This document shows positions 1 through 12,825 of a stretch of DNA of 64,000 nucleotides, piece after piece. A program made the position numbers and the translations under genes. How positions within the stretch are numbered: the stretch's first letter is position 1; each line of letters starts with the position of its first letter. The stretch comes from Nemertoderma westbladi (taxonomy: Eukaryota; Animalia; Xenacoelomorpha). The notes beneath the pieces are model-generated. The model saw only the letters and a program-made list of their open reading frames with translations, did not search any database and was not told where the DNA came from. The DNA is taken from the NCBI GenBank assembly GCA_032718475.1, contig JAUCBJ010005111.1, positions 21,789-85,788 of the forward strand. Reading direction: 5' to 3'.

Positions 1-615
1 AATACAAAATATGACAACGGTAAAAGCATTAAGACGGTAGGTTAAGATATGATATGAACAACAGTATGATATGTGATATATGACATGGACTGGACTGAAC
101 TGATAACAGTTATACGCTCTATAATCTTAAGCCTACTAATGTTTCTTCTAAAGTATGAAAACGAATTGACTCTAGAGCCGGTGTTCCTGGCCTAGATAGC
201 AACAACACAACAGTATCAAGAAAAACAGTAAGACTGAACACTCCTAGTATGATCGACCGAATATCTACACGTCGACAGAAAAAATCGCTCTGATTGGCTC
301 AAGCCAAACAAAGAACCATGCGTCCAATGGCTGTTTTCATGCCAGCAACCAGCTGCTAGATGTCGCAATCTGAATCATCAAGGCCAAGCCGTGTAAAGGT
401 ATTTGGTGCATTGCAGGTTTTTTGCCTTACCATGTCCGCTAAAGCACGTATATAGAAGAATGACTTTTATGTCCGTTAAAACACCTGTAACGGTACCTTG
501 CGGGCGAGGGGAATATATATACAGTTAGAGAACCTTTTTAGAGTATTCCAGCGCCTGGGGGGAAACTGGATTGCGAAGCAAAAGGGGCCAGTTATATCCC
601 ACAGAAGCTTTTACA
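1..615 (-). mobile_element. Partial LTR of a BEL/Pao family related to E1 (runs off the window edge), inserted into the LINE
   Basis: Shares blocks with the E1 LTR (aatcgctctgattgg; tgtccgctaaagcac; gggccagttatatccc..agcttttaca). Ends in ...TTTTACA at 615, exactly where LINE coding sequence (ADSPEERVGKW) begins. Confidence 0.75.
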
Positions 616-1630
616 GCCGATAGTCCTGAAGAACGTGTTGGGAAGTGGAAAAATCACTTCAGCAACTTGCTTGGGCAGCCACCAAACATCGAGATCAGCC
701 CTACAAGGAAAATATATGACAAGACACTACCTATAGAAACAGGGGACTTCACACCTGCCGAACTCCAAAGAAGCATTAAAAGCATGTCCAATAATAAAGC
801 GAGTGGAAATTAGATGAAATCCCAGCGGAGGTATGGAAAACCGGAGTGCTAAATAGACCATAATTGAATGTTTGCAAACGGATGTTAAAAGGGGAAAAGC
901 CACCACCAATTTGGACTAAAGGTCAACTAAAGCCTCTCCCCAAGAAAGGAGACCTCGTCATACCAACAAACTATCGTGGGATCTGTCTGCTTGTGGTAGC
1001 TGCCAAAACATACAATAAAATGATTCTATATAGGATTAGGCCTCACATAGAGAAACTACTGCGTAAGAGCCAAAACGGATTTCGACCAAGTAGATCAACA
1101 ATAGCTCAGTTACTTTCACTACGGAGACTGATTGAAGGAATTAAGTCAAAGAATCTCCCCGCAGTCATGACTTTTGTGGACTTCAAGAAGCCATTCGACT
1201 CCATCCATAGAGGTAAAATGCTTGAAATCCTAAGAGCTTATGGAATACCAGAAGTAATTGTTGCTGGCATTGGATTGTTATATTGTGACACAGAAGCGCA
1301 GGTACTCTCACCAGATGGTGAAACTGAGTTTTTCTCAATCCTGGCTGGCGTACTGCAAGGTGACACATTAGCACCATTACTATTTGTAATTGTGCTGGAT
1401 TACGCAATGAGGACGGCCACAAAGGGTGAAGATCTGGGATTCACACTTCAAGAACGCAGAAGTAGTAGATATCCGGCAACTACAGTCACAGACACCGACT
1501 TTGCGGATGACATCGCCCTGCTCTCTAATACGCTAGCAGATGCACAGCTTCTACTAAATAAAGTGGAGAGGGCTGCTAAAGAGGTTGGATTGCATGTAAA
1601 TGCTACCAAGACCGAATTCATGACCTTTAA
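616..1630 (+). pseudogene. Non-LTR retrotransposon (RTE-like) reverse transcriptase, disrupted
   Basis: Motifs QNGFRPSRST, FVDFKKPFDSI, GVLQGDTLAPLLF, DFADDIAL. Frameshift near 810 and stop near 862. Interrupted at TTAA 1627-1630. Confidence 0.92.
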
Positions 1631-2346
1631 CCCTATTAAACCCGGGGGGGTCAATATGACCCCCCCGTTGTTTTTTTATTATAATTCTGATAGAAACGCA
1701 GTTGGGAATCCGAAATTTTATGACTTTTCCTAAAAATCTATTGTCTTCCTAGTAGTGAAAACCGTTTTCAAAAATATTGGGTACTTTTCGAGTTATAGCA
1801 CCATTTTTTAACCCTACTTTTGGCACTTTTTTTGAGACGTTTTTTGAAAATTACATTTCATTAAATATGAATTGTAACATCTCTATTTTTGATTTACACC
1901 GGTTTTTTGGTGTTAGAAATTGGATGGAATTCATATAAATTGATTTAGAGATTTCAAACTTGTTTTTTCCAGTGGGTGCCAAATTTTGGTGCAAGCACCA
2001 AATTTTGAAATAAGTCAATTTTGTAAATTGATTGTTTGAAACTTGTTTTTTTACGCAATTGAGGTTTTTTGGGGTTCTGGATTCGATGAAATATATACGA
2101 GTTGCACCAAGCATATCAAACTTGTATTTTTCGGTGCTGTGTGCAAATTTTGGTGCTAGCACGAAATTTTGAAAATCCATTCAATAGATAAAATTGCTTG
2201 TGACAATTTATTTCTTGCGTTTTAGAGGTTTATGGCTGTTCTGAATTCAATCCAGCACCAAATTTTGGAAAATATGCAAATTGATAAGTAGATAGTATCA
2301 CCTTGTTTCTTGCGTTATACGGGTTTATGAGGGTCCTGAATCCGAT

Positions 2347-3576
2347 TGTTCGCGCTTTCAGACCTTTAGCAGTTTAACCTGCCAAATTTGGATGTCTTCT
2401 AGATTGTAAATCGACTTTAGCCTATGACGAGTATTTGATACACTACATTAGCCGAAGCCAGTCTATGCGCGACCATTCACCCGCTGGATATACCCGGGAG
2501 ACTGGATTCGGAAGCCTAACCTTATTGCGGTGTAGGCCTACTGTATTATTCGACCGATCGTAATATATAATCTCTGACAAATATTATTCACTTTCGGGAA
2601 ATATTAACAGTTCCTTTAGGACGTGGCGCTCTAAATGTGTAAACAGAGTTATGACTTAAACTAGACACAAAGGGATGGCTATGGATTCACGTATATAGCG
2701 CATTCTTTAGGAGATGCTTTGTTATCAGTCACAATCATACACACTACTGCACAATACTGCACACCGATCTGCCGACCTTCACTAATTTTAGTCACATATA
2801 AAGAGAACAACAACCGACTCATGTAGTGCCTATGAAATAGCATTAGATTCACTTCAAACCACTTTAATGTAAGTCGCAATTGTTATATGTAACCGGTCTC
2901 TCTTACCTTCAGTATATCAAGAAGATTGAGGGTTTTATAATTATTTATCGATATTCCAAATATAATAATATTCCATCAACTGATATAATGAATAACCGAC
3001 AGTAAATAGCAGTAAAATTGCGGTGTTTGTATTTGACAATATGATTAGGTGAGTGAGATAACAGATATACGTTTCTATGATTAAGCCTAATAATGTTGGG
3101 CTAAAGCCTGAAAAACACAGAGATTCCAAAGCCGGTCTTCTAGGCTCGGAAAAAACCAACACAACTGATCCCTCTGGGCTGTTGTAGGTATCTTTCAACA
3201 CAAAGAGAAACAGCTCTCATTGGCCGAGTTCCAGATTCTGTAGGTTCCACGAATGTCTAAATGCTGAACTATTCGGGTTTTTGCAGCCCATATTCAACAC
3301 AAGGCGAAATCGCTCTGATTGGTGGATCATTGTTCTGATTGGTTGATCGAACAGAACAAAGAGCCTATAGGCGTACAGCAAATCGGTTGGTAGATTGCGT
3401 CATTTGAGTTAGGTAGTTTAGAGTATTTGAGCGCATTGTGGGAAAACTGGCTTTTTATGTCCGCTAAAGCACACATGCAGACACAGCGGATAAATCGCCA
3501 GTTATGTCCTCTAAAAACACCTTACACAGTACATTGCGGAGAAAAGGGCCAGTTATATCCCGCAAAAGCTTTTACA
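2347..3576 (-). repeat. E1 3' LTR
   Basis: About 99% identical by eye to 12839-14069. Preceded on the minus strand by short purine tract TGGGAGCGG (3577-3585). Confidence 0.95.
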
Positions 3577-3654
3577 CCGCTCCCAGAAAATGGGATTTAA
3601 TTCTATAAAATATAAAAAATCACAGTTTCTAAAATATAAAAATACTCTAAACAG

Positions 3655-5014
3655 CTAGTCTTTCTTGCGCGGACGGCGTTTACGCAGTTTTTTGAGGCTA
3701 GCAAGAGTTCTTTTCTCTTTGGGGCGAGCCACTTTACTAGGAGGGCTGTAACTCCTGGGTGAAGGGTGCAATACAATTGCATCAGAAGGTTTAGGGTTAC
3801 GGTCGATGTCTCGTCCATTTCGATATGCTTCTCCTCGAGCTGATTTTCCTCCGCTTATCGTTGGATGCGTTCGTCCAAAACTCTTGCAGAGAATAGGGTC
3901 GTCCAAGTTCGATATCTTCTTAGAGATTCTGAATTTCCTGATCGAACTGAGATAAAATTAATTCGTTTACCGCTTGGACTTGCTGCTGCAATTTACGTTT
4001 CTCTAAACAATTGTAGGTTCATTTTCCGATCTTTTGACGAATGGTGTCCAACGCGTTTCGTACAACTCTTTCCTCCGCCTCGGTGACAGGTTGTATCGGG
4101 TTAAACAGGGACGATGATACGGTTGAATGGCGATATTAGCTGTCCGCGTCCCAATCCGACTAAGTAAGATGGGTGAATATTTAGGGAGTCCACAACCGGA
4201 GTGCCACCGACTAACTGTTCGGGTAACACTAGATCTTTGAACAGTGAGTACAGTTCGGGAGGATCCGTGATACTATTAGGATCAAGAGTCTGAGGTCTAA
4301 CTAGGGAATGAGGAGGTCTGACCGAGTATTCCGGAACTCTGATCATAGGTTTATTTAAGGATCGTTCGAATCGAGCGAGCGTAGGTGATACATCGAACAA
4401 GTTTCGCTCGAAACTCCCGTAAATATAGCGAGTAAAACTGTGTTTAAAGCAACGTCTCCGCGGATGTTTATGTCTTTCCGTTTGTTGGTTGGGTCTTGGG
4501 CATTCATCGCAATAATACCAAAGACGCACGTCTTGTAGGGGAAACACGGGTGATATTTATTCGGTTTTACAACGTTTCTCTCAAGAATTCTAAATATACG
4601 TTGGAGTTACTGCGTTTATCCGATTCTTTAACGTCTTCTCTTTCGAGTCGATTTCGAATAGAATTTTCGCATTCGATTTTCAGTTTATCGTTCCGACTCA
4701 GCTGGGTAGGATACTCAAAACAGTACCATTTCCCTTTCGGTGTCGACATCGTCCATATCGTGTAAATCGATAGAATGACTAGTAGTTAAGAAGTCCATAT
4801 ACATACCATTACGATGTGTATAGCGAGCGGTGAATTTTCTATAGTCTAATTCACGCGTAAGTTGCTCCTGGGACATTGGCGGTTCGATATAACGACCATT
4901 GTCCTCCGTAGTAGTTGGACCAGCGTCACCGCGCATCAAGCTATCAACAAACGCTTGTAAAGGTAGAGTATATCGCTCCCTGATACCAAGATCATCTTCT
5001 ATCAACTCAGTCAT
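3655..5014 (-). pseudogene. E1 accessory ORF3 remnants (Cys/His motif LWYYCDECPR...CFKH)
   Basis: Broken minus-strand ORFs 4715-5014, 4567-4749, 4101-4547, 3655-3906 between the pol remnant and 3' LTR. Motif similarity to E3 ORF 47830-49092. Confidence 0.5.
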
Positions 5015-6648
5015 ATCTGCTATATGAGTTTATCAATATTATAATGAGTTTATATTTAGGCTAGCGGGCGTCGCTGCCTACCCCTCTCGGCCCCCGGACA
5101 GCGCAAGATCCTCAGCGCTGGTGTACTTTCGCCGATGTGCCTATCGCCAACGTCGTAGCTGCACAACGACCACAACAACCAGCGCGAGTCACTCCACCGT
5201 CCGTCCCAAAGGCTTAGATTTACTTCAGGTTCTTACTGGAGAGTTAGGGCTACTTTCACAATTGCGACTCGCTACTGTAAACACACTTTAGTAGTAACAT
5301 TCACCTATAAACGCACAAATTCCACGCAACTGTCACAAATTGTACACATTCGGGCCATTTGTACGTTAGTCAGTGCCTTCCAGAATGCCACGTTATTATT
5401 GGGTATCCTGGGATACTAGCAGTGTGCTATTTATTCCTTATACTATTCAATGGGCAAGCTTTATTGTTCTTTTAACTCACTTCTAATTCTAGCGTGGTTG
5501 TTGCCATGGTGACATTATGGAAAGCTAGCTGTAGAATTAGGGTAATTCTCATGCATACAGATCTGGGATGCCATTTAATAGTAATTCTTTAATTGTCAAT
5601 ATTTCTCTTTATACATGATTTTATGAATTTTATCGGCTATTGACTATATATTGGAGATTCTCGCACACTAATATACTTAATAGGGTGAATCTCCGCTCCC
5701 ATGATCTATTAATTTACAGAATTTTGGGAATGTTATAAATTGTATAAAAATGACAATTTATCAAATTCATTAAAATATGAATTTAAATTTATTCCCGTAA
5801 ATTTTATTATTTAATATTAAATAGACACAATTTTATTCCAGAACATGTCTGGGGACTAGGATCCTTGATTCTAGGAAATTGGTCTTTTTAAGAATATCGG
5901 TAAGTGCTACGATATCTTAATAGACTAGAATTTTAAAGGATCTAAAATTTGACAGATTTTGTAAATATTAATAATTAATATTTAGGATGGGCACCAGTTT
6001 ATTCCAGAACTTGTCTGGGGACGTTAACCACTGATTCTAGAATTTTGTCTTTCAAGTATATCGGTGGGTGCCGCGATATCTTAATCGACTAGAATTGCAG
6101 ATGGTCAAAGGGTTTAACAGATTTATTTGTGTTGTACGCTACTGTTAAAGGGACATCACGCTACTATATGTATTATTTAATATACGGTATGAGAGCAATA
6201 TCGCACGAAGCAATGTCAGTGAGAAGAGGCAAGTCGTTTCCAAGGTCTACCCAGAGCTTGGTTTAGCCGAGACACGAGGATCTGAACTTTGCATTCCTAA
6301 TACTCTACTTACCAATAATACTTTAATATAGTAGGAGCTTTATTGTACTTTAATAAGTACGGATATTTCATCTTACTGTAGTTACGTATTTGTAATGTAA
6401 TACGGACAGTAAGGAAAGAGAAAAAGAATTATTTCTCGCCGTCGCACTAAATATATAATATATAAGTAATTAAGTAATAAACGCGAATATATATTGCACT
6501 AATCTACTAAATAATCGCTAAAATAACATTCTACTAAATAAAATTAAAGAAAACTATTATAATAAAATTACATAATAATACATACATAAATATAAAATAA
6601 TAAAAACAAATATAAAATAATATAGTCACACACCCACTCCAGACGCTG

Positions 6649-8637
6649 TTACGTTGGGGAGTCCCTAGATGTTTGTTGGATTAGGGAGGTGGTCGTGGGA
6701 AGAGTATCTTGCCTTCCATAGTTTCCGGACAGTTCTCGGTCTCGTTCCAGTAAACATAAACGACCAACTGGGCGATTGAGCTGCTGTGTCTCGAAGACAA
6801 TTCCAGGTTTCCTCTTCGTCCTGGAATATTGACGATAGAAACATCGCCTCAAATACACGACGGCCTTACAAAGCCGATTCCAGGATCTATAGTGGTCCAT
6901 CGCTCCCGGCAGGAGAGGTGAGAGTCCCGGCGAGACGTCTGGTGTTCCAGATCTCCAGTCTCTCTCTCTGATCTCCACAACAGATCGGTTCGCGGTGGGG
7001 GAGTTTAGATCCACAGCGTCATCCCTGGCAATGTGTAATACAGACAGATCTATCACGGGTTTAAATAACCTTGATTTACTCGTCCGGGTTTTAGGTTTGA
7101 CTTTCTCCGCTCCCTTGGCTTGTCTAATCTCAGCCGTGGTAAGATGGGGAGGCCATTCATCTTCTTTACTTAAGAAGTCGGGTCCACCTAACCAGTCTGG
7201 AGTATCTGTCAGTTCTTGAGGAGTTGCTCCTCTGGAAGCGATGTCGGCTAGATTAATCGTCTCGGGGCAATATCTCCATTGATCTACATTAGAGTTAATA
7301 TCGTCATTATCTGAGGAGTATGGTGTTCCCTCAGTTGGGTCGTCAACTTCACTGCTCTCCACTTCCCATTCACTTAATTGATATACTCGTTCTTTTGGTA
7401 ATCTTTCCATAAGAGTTCTACGGGAAGGGCCAGTAAAGTACCAACCTACTCTAGTTCTTCCCGCATAGGCTTGTAGTGGTTGCGGTTGAGCAGGCCGTTT
7501 CTCCAATGTCTCAAGCGCCTCATGCGCATTTTGGCCGATGAGTATTTGCACTCCAGGGTAGTCTGTGTTGAATCTAGGTATATTAAGCTGCTGGGTGGAA
7601 TCGTCCTCATCCCAGTTATAAGGTTCTACTTGGCTGGTAGCGAAGTTCTTTATCGCCACCATTTTTACTGACCTTATGCTGTGTTCTCCTAGTTCATCCT
7701 GGGGGGTGGACAACGCACCTACATAATAATCCGCTATTACTGTAGATTTCCAAACCTGCATAATTCCTGACATGTTTAACTTAGTTCGGAACTTGGGTTG
7801 TCCAGCAAAGATGTCTTCGGCTAGTTCTTTGACGATGAATGTTCCTGTGCTACCGGAGTCAAGGAGGGCGTTCACTGTATAACTCCTTTTAGGTCCGTGG
7901 ACCCTTAACTGCACTACGGGAAATTCTCGGATTCCTACATTGGAAGTTGGTGCTTTCCAAGATGGTTGTCGGTCAGAAGTAGTTAGGGGGAGCTCGCTGT
8001 CGGTGTCCTTTTCATACGTAAGTGCTCGATACACTGCGGTATTTATCAGGTAACAGGATTCGTTTTCGTCGGAGAATTCGTCCGTATAGAATCCTTCCAT
8101 CTCAGAACTTTGGTCAGTGTCGTTCACATCACTGAATTGGACATGTAGTTCGGACTCACTTACCTGACTCGGGCTGTTTCGATCGAATTCAGTGTGCAAC
8201 AAGATATGATGTTTTGCGCCGCACTTTGCACACCTTGCGTCGGAGTAACAGGTTTGCCGTTGGTGTCCTCGTCTGAGGCAATTATAACACAACCGCTTAT
8301 CCCACATGACTTCACGTCTATCCTTTAATGATTTCCTCATGAATTCATCACACGCACTTAAACGGTGGGGCCCGTCGCGCAGCACACATTTTGGTTTGAT
8401 GTTACTTACCTTACTCTGGGTAACGTTGTGCACACTCGTTCTTTCCTCGGGCTTTCTTACATGAATTCTCTTAGGAGACATAGGAGGAGTTTTTCTTACC
8501 TGTTCTCTCCTGTCATTGGTTCGAGACTTGAATTTACTTACGTCCTTAGGCGCTTTGTTGTCATAGTAAGATCTTTCAGTGTCTTTCCCGCTGTCTTCCT
8601 CTTGAGAAGCCTGGCTTTCGCCGTCGTCTGTAAACAC
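6649..8637 (-). CDS. E1 nucleocapsid knuckles + aspartic protease fused in frame to short RNaseH-end and integrase-end remnants
   Basis: CYNCLRRGHQRQTC, CAKCGAKHHILLH, ALLDSGST; then WRYCPETINLADIASRG...WLGGPDFL and RPVGRLCLLE. No YVDD and no integrase core. Confidence 0.85.
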   Translation of the reverse strand: MFTDDGESQASQEEDSGKDTERSYYDNKAPKDVSKFKSRTNDRREQVRKTPPMSPKRIHVRKPEERTSVHNVTQSKVSNIKPKCVLRDGPHRLSACDEFMRKSLKDRREVMWDKRLCYNCLRRGHQRQTCYSDARCAKCGAKHHILLHTEFDRNSPSQVSESELHVQFSDVNDTDQSSEMEGFYTDEFSDENESCYLINTAVYRALTYEKDTDSELPLTTSDRQPSWKAPTSNVGIREFPVVQLRVHGPKRSYTVNALLDSGSTGTFIVKELAEDIFAGQPKFRTKLNMSGIMQVWKSTVIADYYVGALSTPQDELGEHSIRSVKMVAIKNFATSQVEPYNWDEDDSTQQLNIPRFNTDYPGVQILIGQNAHEALETLEKRPAQPQPLQAYAGRTRVGWYFTGPSRRTLMERLPKERVYQLSEWEVESSEVDDPTEGTPYSSDNDDINSNVDQWRYCPETINLADIASRGATPQELTDTPDWLGGPDFLSKEDEWPPHLTTAEIRQAKGAEKVKPKTRTSKSRLFKPVIDLSVLHIARDDAVDLNSPTANRSVVEIRERDWRSGTPDVSPGLSPLLPGAMDHYRSWNRLCKAVVYLRRCFYRQYSRTKRKPGIVFETQQLNRPVGRLCLLERDRELSGNYGRQDTLPTTTSLIQQTSRDSPT

Positions 8638-10577
8638 ACTGGTATTACCCTTCTCCTAGAAATGGGTTTCTCACTTACCTTATTTTCCGGTGTCTTCTCT
8701 CTGGACTGCTTTAGGAGCTGTAATTTTACTTCTCCATCTAAGAATGACATGAGATCAGCCATGGTAGGGTCTCGTCTTTGATGTTCCATCATATATAACA
8801 CTTTCTTATCCCAGCATGTACCTACTCCACCCTTAGGTAAAGTAGACGCCACGGCTCCAATAACCATAGAACTCTGATATTCATGAGACTTACCTAGCCA
8901 ATCTAATTGTCTACAGATCTCCTGAATCTCATCGGAAAACTCTATAATCCCGCTGCTAATGAATTTTCGGGGCGCTACCAATTTTGCATACAAATACCTA
9001 GCTATGTTATTCCTATTACCATACCTGATGTTTAGGGTATCCCAAACTTGTCTTAATCCATCTGGATGTCCAATAAACTTTAACGCCATTAACTTGGGAG
9101 ATCCTTCCAAGCACTCGATGAGGAATCTAAGTTTCTCTCCGTTAGATAGCACAGAGTTCTGTATGTTATCTTTGTAATATTCATTAAAAGGTAACCATTT
9201 CATCTCATCTCCATTGAACTTGACGATCTCTCCCACCTTTACCGCTTGACGGGCTTCGGTTCTAGCCATTTGACGTGTAAAACTTTCTTGGGCCATCGTG
9301 TTATTTAATATCGAGTTATCGGTATATAAATTTCTCGGATTATGATCAGGTCTATATGGAATATCATTGTCAACAGGTTTATAATTACCCTTAATAGGGT
9401 TCACTTTAGGAGTTTCTACTTCACTAGCAGTATAGATGCGTGTAGGCTCCACACCTTGCGCATGAAATACTTCAGACCTAACAGGTTGACACATTGTTAC
9501 CGGGGTTGGTGGTATACCCCTTTGGATATTTACTAATTTGTCGCGTTCTAATGCGATACTCTGCTGCACCTCTTGCAACTCTAACCTACTTTCCCTCACT
9601 GTGCCATTGAACTGCTGAACAGTTCCTTCCATCTCCCGGACCTGCTGAGAGGAGCACTTGCGGTGTTCCCTCAACTGCCCGAGCAGGAGACCCATCTCCC
9701 GTCGTCCCTCATCTACCCACTCGACCGCCGAAGCGGGAGGCGCCAACGTAGTAGCGGGCGGACGAGGGACAACGGGCGACAAATCATTAATATTTCGCTC
9801 GGAGTCCAGGACATGAACATTTTCTGGGGTGGTTCTGTTGGGCACAGGTAGTTTCGTGCTGTGCAAAGGGAATTTAGAGGTAGGTTCTGGGAGTACAGGT
9901 GTCTCTATCACCGAAGGGGTGGCTTCGAGAACAGGCCTAATTATTTCAGGTTCATCTACTATAGTAGGGAGTCTTTCTAATCCAATAATTTGGTCTGTGG
10001 GTTCTGTACTACCTAAGTCTACACTATCCAGTTGCATTCTCGCCTCAGGAGGTAACGTCCGCTTGAGCATCCGTCTACGTCCGCTTGAACGAGATTTATT
10101 ACCTCTACCTTCGGGATCTCTCATATCACCTTCATCAGAGGAAGCAAATCCCTGTCTTCTGGAAGTATATCGACTCAGTAACCGCATCTGAGCTGCAACC
10201 ATAGCTGTCCTTTGTTTCTTCAAGTATTCTTGTTCCGCCTGAAGTTTTTCCAGCTCTAATTGGGTGGTCTCTTCAGATTCTCTTAGTTCTGCTTCTGCCA
10301 CTGCCGCTTTTCTTTCCGCTTCTATTGCTGCAGCTGCCGCTTTTCTTTCCACTTCTACTTGCTGTTGCTTTAATTGTCTATCCTTAACTAGCCTAGGGTC
10401 GTCTGACACTACTACTGAAGGGATGACCTTTCCTACAGTAGGGGACTTGGACTTTGGTCTGGGATGTTCTATACTTTGATCTTGGTCACAGATCCTTTCA
10501 AGACACTGTCCAAGTCTAAGACTCATTCTAACGCCTTCCAAAAGACTATCTGACAGTGCCCGTTTTGTGTCAGACAT
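8538..10577 (-). CDS. E1 Gag (coiled coil + BEL DUF1759-like region)
   Basis: 679-aa ORF with KFNGDEMKWLPF...EKLRFLIECLEG...W..L..RYG, typical of BEL/Pao Gag. Confidence 0.85.
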   Translation of the reverse strand: MSDTKRALSDSLLEGVRMSLRLGQCLERICDQDQSIEHPRPKSKSPTVGKVIPSVVVSDDPRLVKDRQLKQQQVEVERKAAAAAIEAERKAAVAEAELRESEETTQLELEKLQAEQEYLKKQRTAMVAAQMRLLSRYTSRRQGFASSDEGDMRDPEGRGNKSRSSGRRRMLKRTLPPEARMQLDSVDLGSTEPTDQIIGLERLPTIVDEPEIIRPVLEATPSVIETPVLPEPTSKFPLHSTKLPVPNRTTPENVHVLDSERNINDLSPVVPRPPATTLAPPASAVEWVDEGRREMGLLLGQLREHRKCSSQQVREMEGTVQQFNGTVRESRLELQEVQQSIALERDKLVNIQRGIPPTPVTMCQPVRSEVFHAQGVEPTRIYTASEVETPKVNPIKGNYKPVDNDIPYRPDHNPRNLYTDNSILNNTMAQESFTRQMARTEARQAVKVGEIVKFNGDEMKWLPFNEYYKDNIQNSVLSNGEKLRFLIECLEGSPKLMALKFIGHPDGLRQVWDTLNIRYGNRNNIARYLYAKLVAPRKFISSGIIEFSDEIQEICRQLDWLGKSHEYQSSMVIGAVASTLPKGGVGTCWDKKVLYMMEHQRRDPTMADLMSFLDGEVKLQLLKQSREKTPENKVSEKPISRRRVIPVCLQTTAKARLLKRKTAGKTLKDLTMTTKRLRT

Positions 10578-11908
10578 GTTTGTTTGTACAGTTGAATGCC
10601 TACTGCTATATTACAGTTAAAGCAAGTCTAGTAATTCAGTATCACCGTTAGCCTAGTAATTAATTACCGATACTGTTACTCAGTGTAACGTGATATATAT
10701 ATATAATATATTAGAATACCGGTATACACTTATAGTATATATATAAGTATTATTACAGACTAGGTTTGTCACAGAATACCGGTATATAATTTCAGCACAA
10801 CTATATATATTATATATAATAGGCCTATCGTGAATACCGGTATACAGCTTACACTTATAGTACATATAAGTATAATTATGGACTAGAATTAATTACAGAA
10901 TACCGGTATATAATTTCAGCGCAAATTTATAGAAATAAATATAATGAGCCTATCGTAAATACCGGTATGTCAATTATTTTAGAATAATTGAATTTCTGAA
11001 TTTTAGGGGTTACTTGGTTACTTTACTTTACTTGATTACCGTTATTTAAGCAGTAGTCCAACTGATATTAAGACCTAATGGTTGTAAGACAGGCCTACTA
11101 TTTTATAAATCGGTTTGAGTTGATTTATAATATATATACCCGTTTAATGGGTTTTTGTCAATATTTGAAATAAATGTTATTATTTCTGGGAAGAAGTCAC
11201 TGCACAGAAGCTGTATGCTCTCAGTGAAGTGCTACTTGTTGGACACTAAAACAAATAATTCTAATTTACCTAAGTTACTTAATACTACAAATTACTTACA
11301 ATTCGGGGTGAGATTACAATCTCTAAATAAACACAAAAATTACACGTACGAATTTTTAGGGTAATTTTACAAGAAGTCTACAAACCAGCCTAACAAAGGG
11401 TTAGAATATCTGGTTATTACAGACAGGATACTACGGTATTTGAAAATAACAAGCAGTAGTAAATATACTGCGTTGTCCAGATAGGAAAAAATACCACCGT
11501 CTGACGACTTATAGCCGTATCGCTATAAGTACTACGTTATGTATCACGGAGTGTTCCTACCTAGAAGTTAATTACCGCGGTCTACCAGAACCAACGTGCC
11601 TATTAACCACTTTACAACACAAATATACTGCCTACACACTAATTACTTTCGGAAAGCACTGTACACTAAACCCTAAATTAGGTACAAGTACTTATACAAC
11701 AAATAATCAGCAGTTAGAAATACTTGTACAGCTAAAAGAACCACGGTATCTGCTGGAGTGACTGGGGCACAAAATCACCAGTCTTTACCTACGCCAAGCA
11801 GCCCTGATGTAGTACCGGGGTTAATTTAACTATAACGTTATGTATAACAAGCACAATTACTGTAGGAATAAACTTGGGGATATGAATGTTGCGAATAAGC
11901 GCATAAAC

Positions 11909-12491
11909 TCTGAATAATAAATATTACGCTACGCGTACAGACTACTCAAACAAAATACAGACCAAACGCTGGCAGACTACTATCAAGCCCAAACAAACTA
12001 CAGTATATGCAGACTCCGAAATGGTTAGTTAGTATGCGTTCTAACCGAGTAGTATGACTTATTCTTTCGAGGGGATTTACCTCACAGCACTGGAAGCCCC
12101 TACGTTCCTAACTAGTATTTTATCGGACATACACTCTACACACACCGCAATCTCTTCAGACCTAACAACAGCCAGACAACAATCCAGCCTACAAATTATC
12201 TGAATAAGAAATATTACACTACCCGTACAGACTACACAAATAAATACAGACCAAATGCTGGCAGACTACTATCAAGCCCAAACAAACTACAGTATATGCA
12301 GACTCCGAAATGGTTAGTTAGTAAGCGTTCTAACCGAGTAGTACGACTTATTCTTTCGAGGGGATTTACCTCACAGCACTGGAAGCCCCTACGTTCCTAA
12401 CTGGTATTTTATCGGACATACACTCTACACACACTACAGTCTCTTCAGACTTAACAACAGTCAGACAACAGTCCAGCCTACAAATTATCTG
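11909..12491. repeat. Two tandem ~290-bp copies in the E1 5' leader
   Basis: tctgaataa.aaatattac at 11909 and 12199, with near-identical sequence following. Confidence 0.85.
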
Positions 12492-12825
12492 TACAATCTG
12501 GGCAGGCTTACACGTCTTCTGCTCAATATTAACCTACAAGTAAATAAAACTGACAGAAATAAGTAAAATCTCAATAAAAAACCAGGGCTGCAGTCCCTGA
12601 TTAATTATTAAGGCCTACCGGTATATAATCATCAAAATCGAATAATACTGCTGTACCTGTACTGCTGTAAGTACCGGTCCGGGTGGTTAGGTAGTCAGGC
12701 CTACTGGGTACCGGTTGACCGGTACTTCAGCTTTATTGCCTACTGCAATACAGAAGCAATAACTGTTATTGTTCTTACCAGAACAATATTAAACTGTATT
12801 TATTGCCTACACTGCAATCAGAATT

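Noticed and set aside
2679-3201. Small ORFs inside LTRs (also 13434-13691, 38152-38418, 52976-53257)
   Set aside because: Duplicated only because the LTRs are duplicated; no protein motifs.
12770-12782. TGGTAAGAAC on the minus strand as a displaced tRNA PBS for E1
   Set aside because: Lies about 58 nt from the TSD-defined LTR end, too far for a canonical PBS. A tRNA comparison would be needed to exclude it fully.
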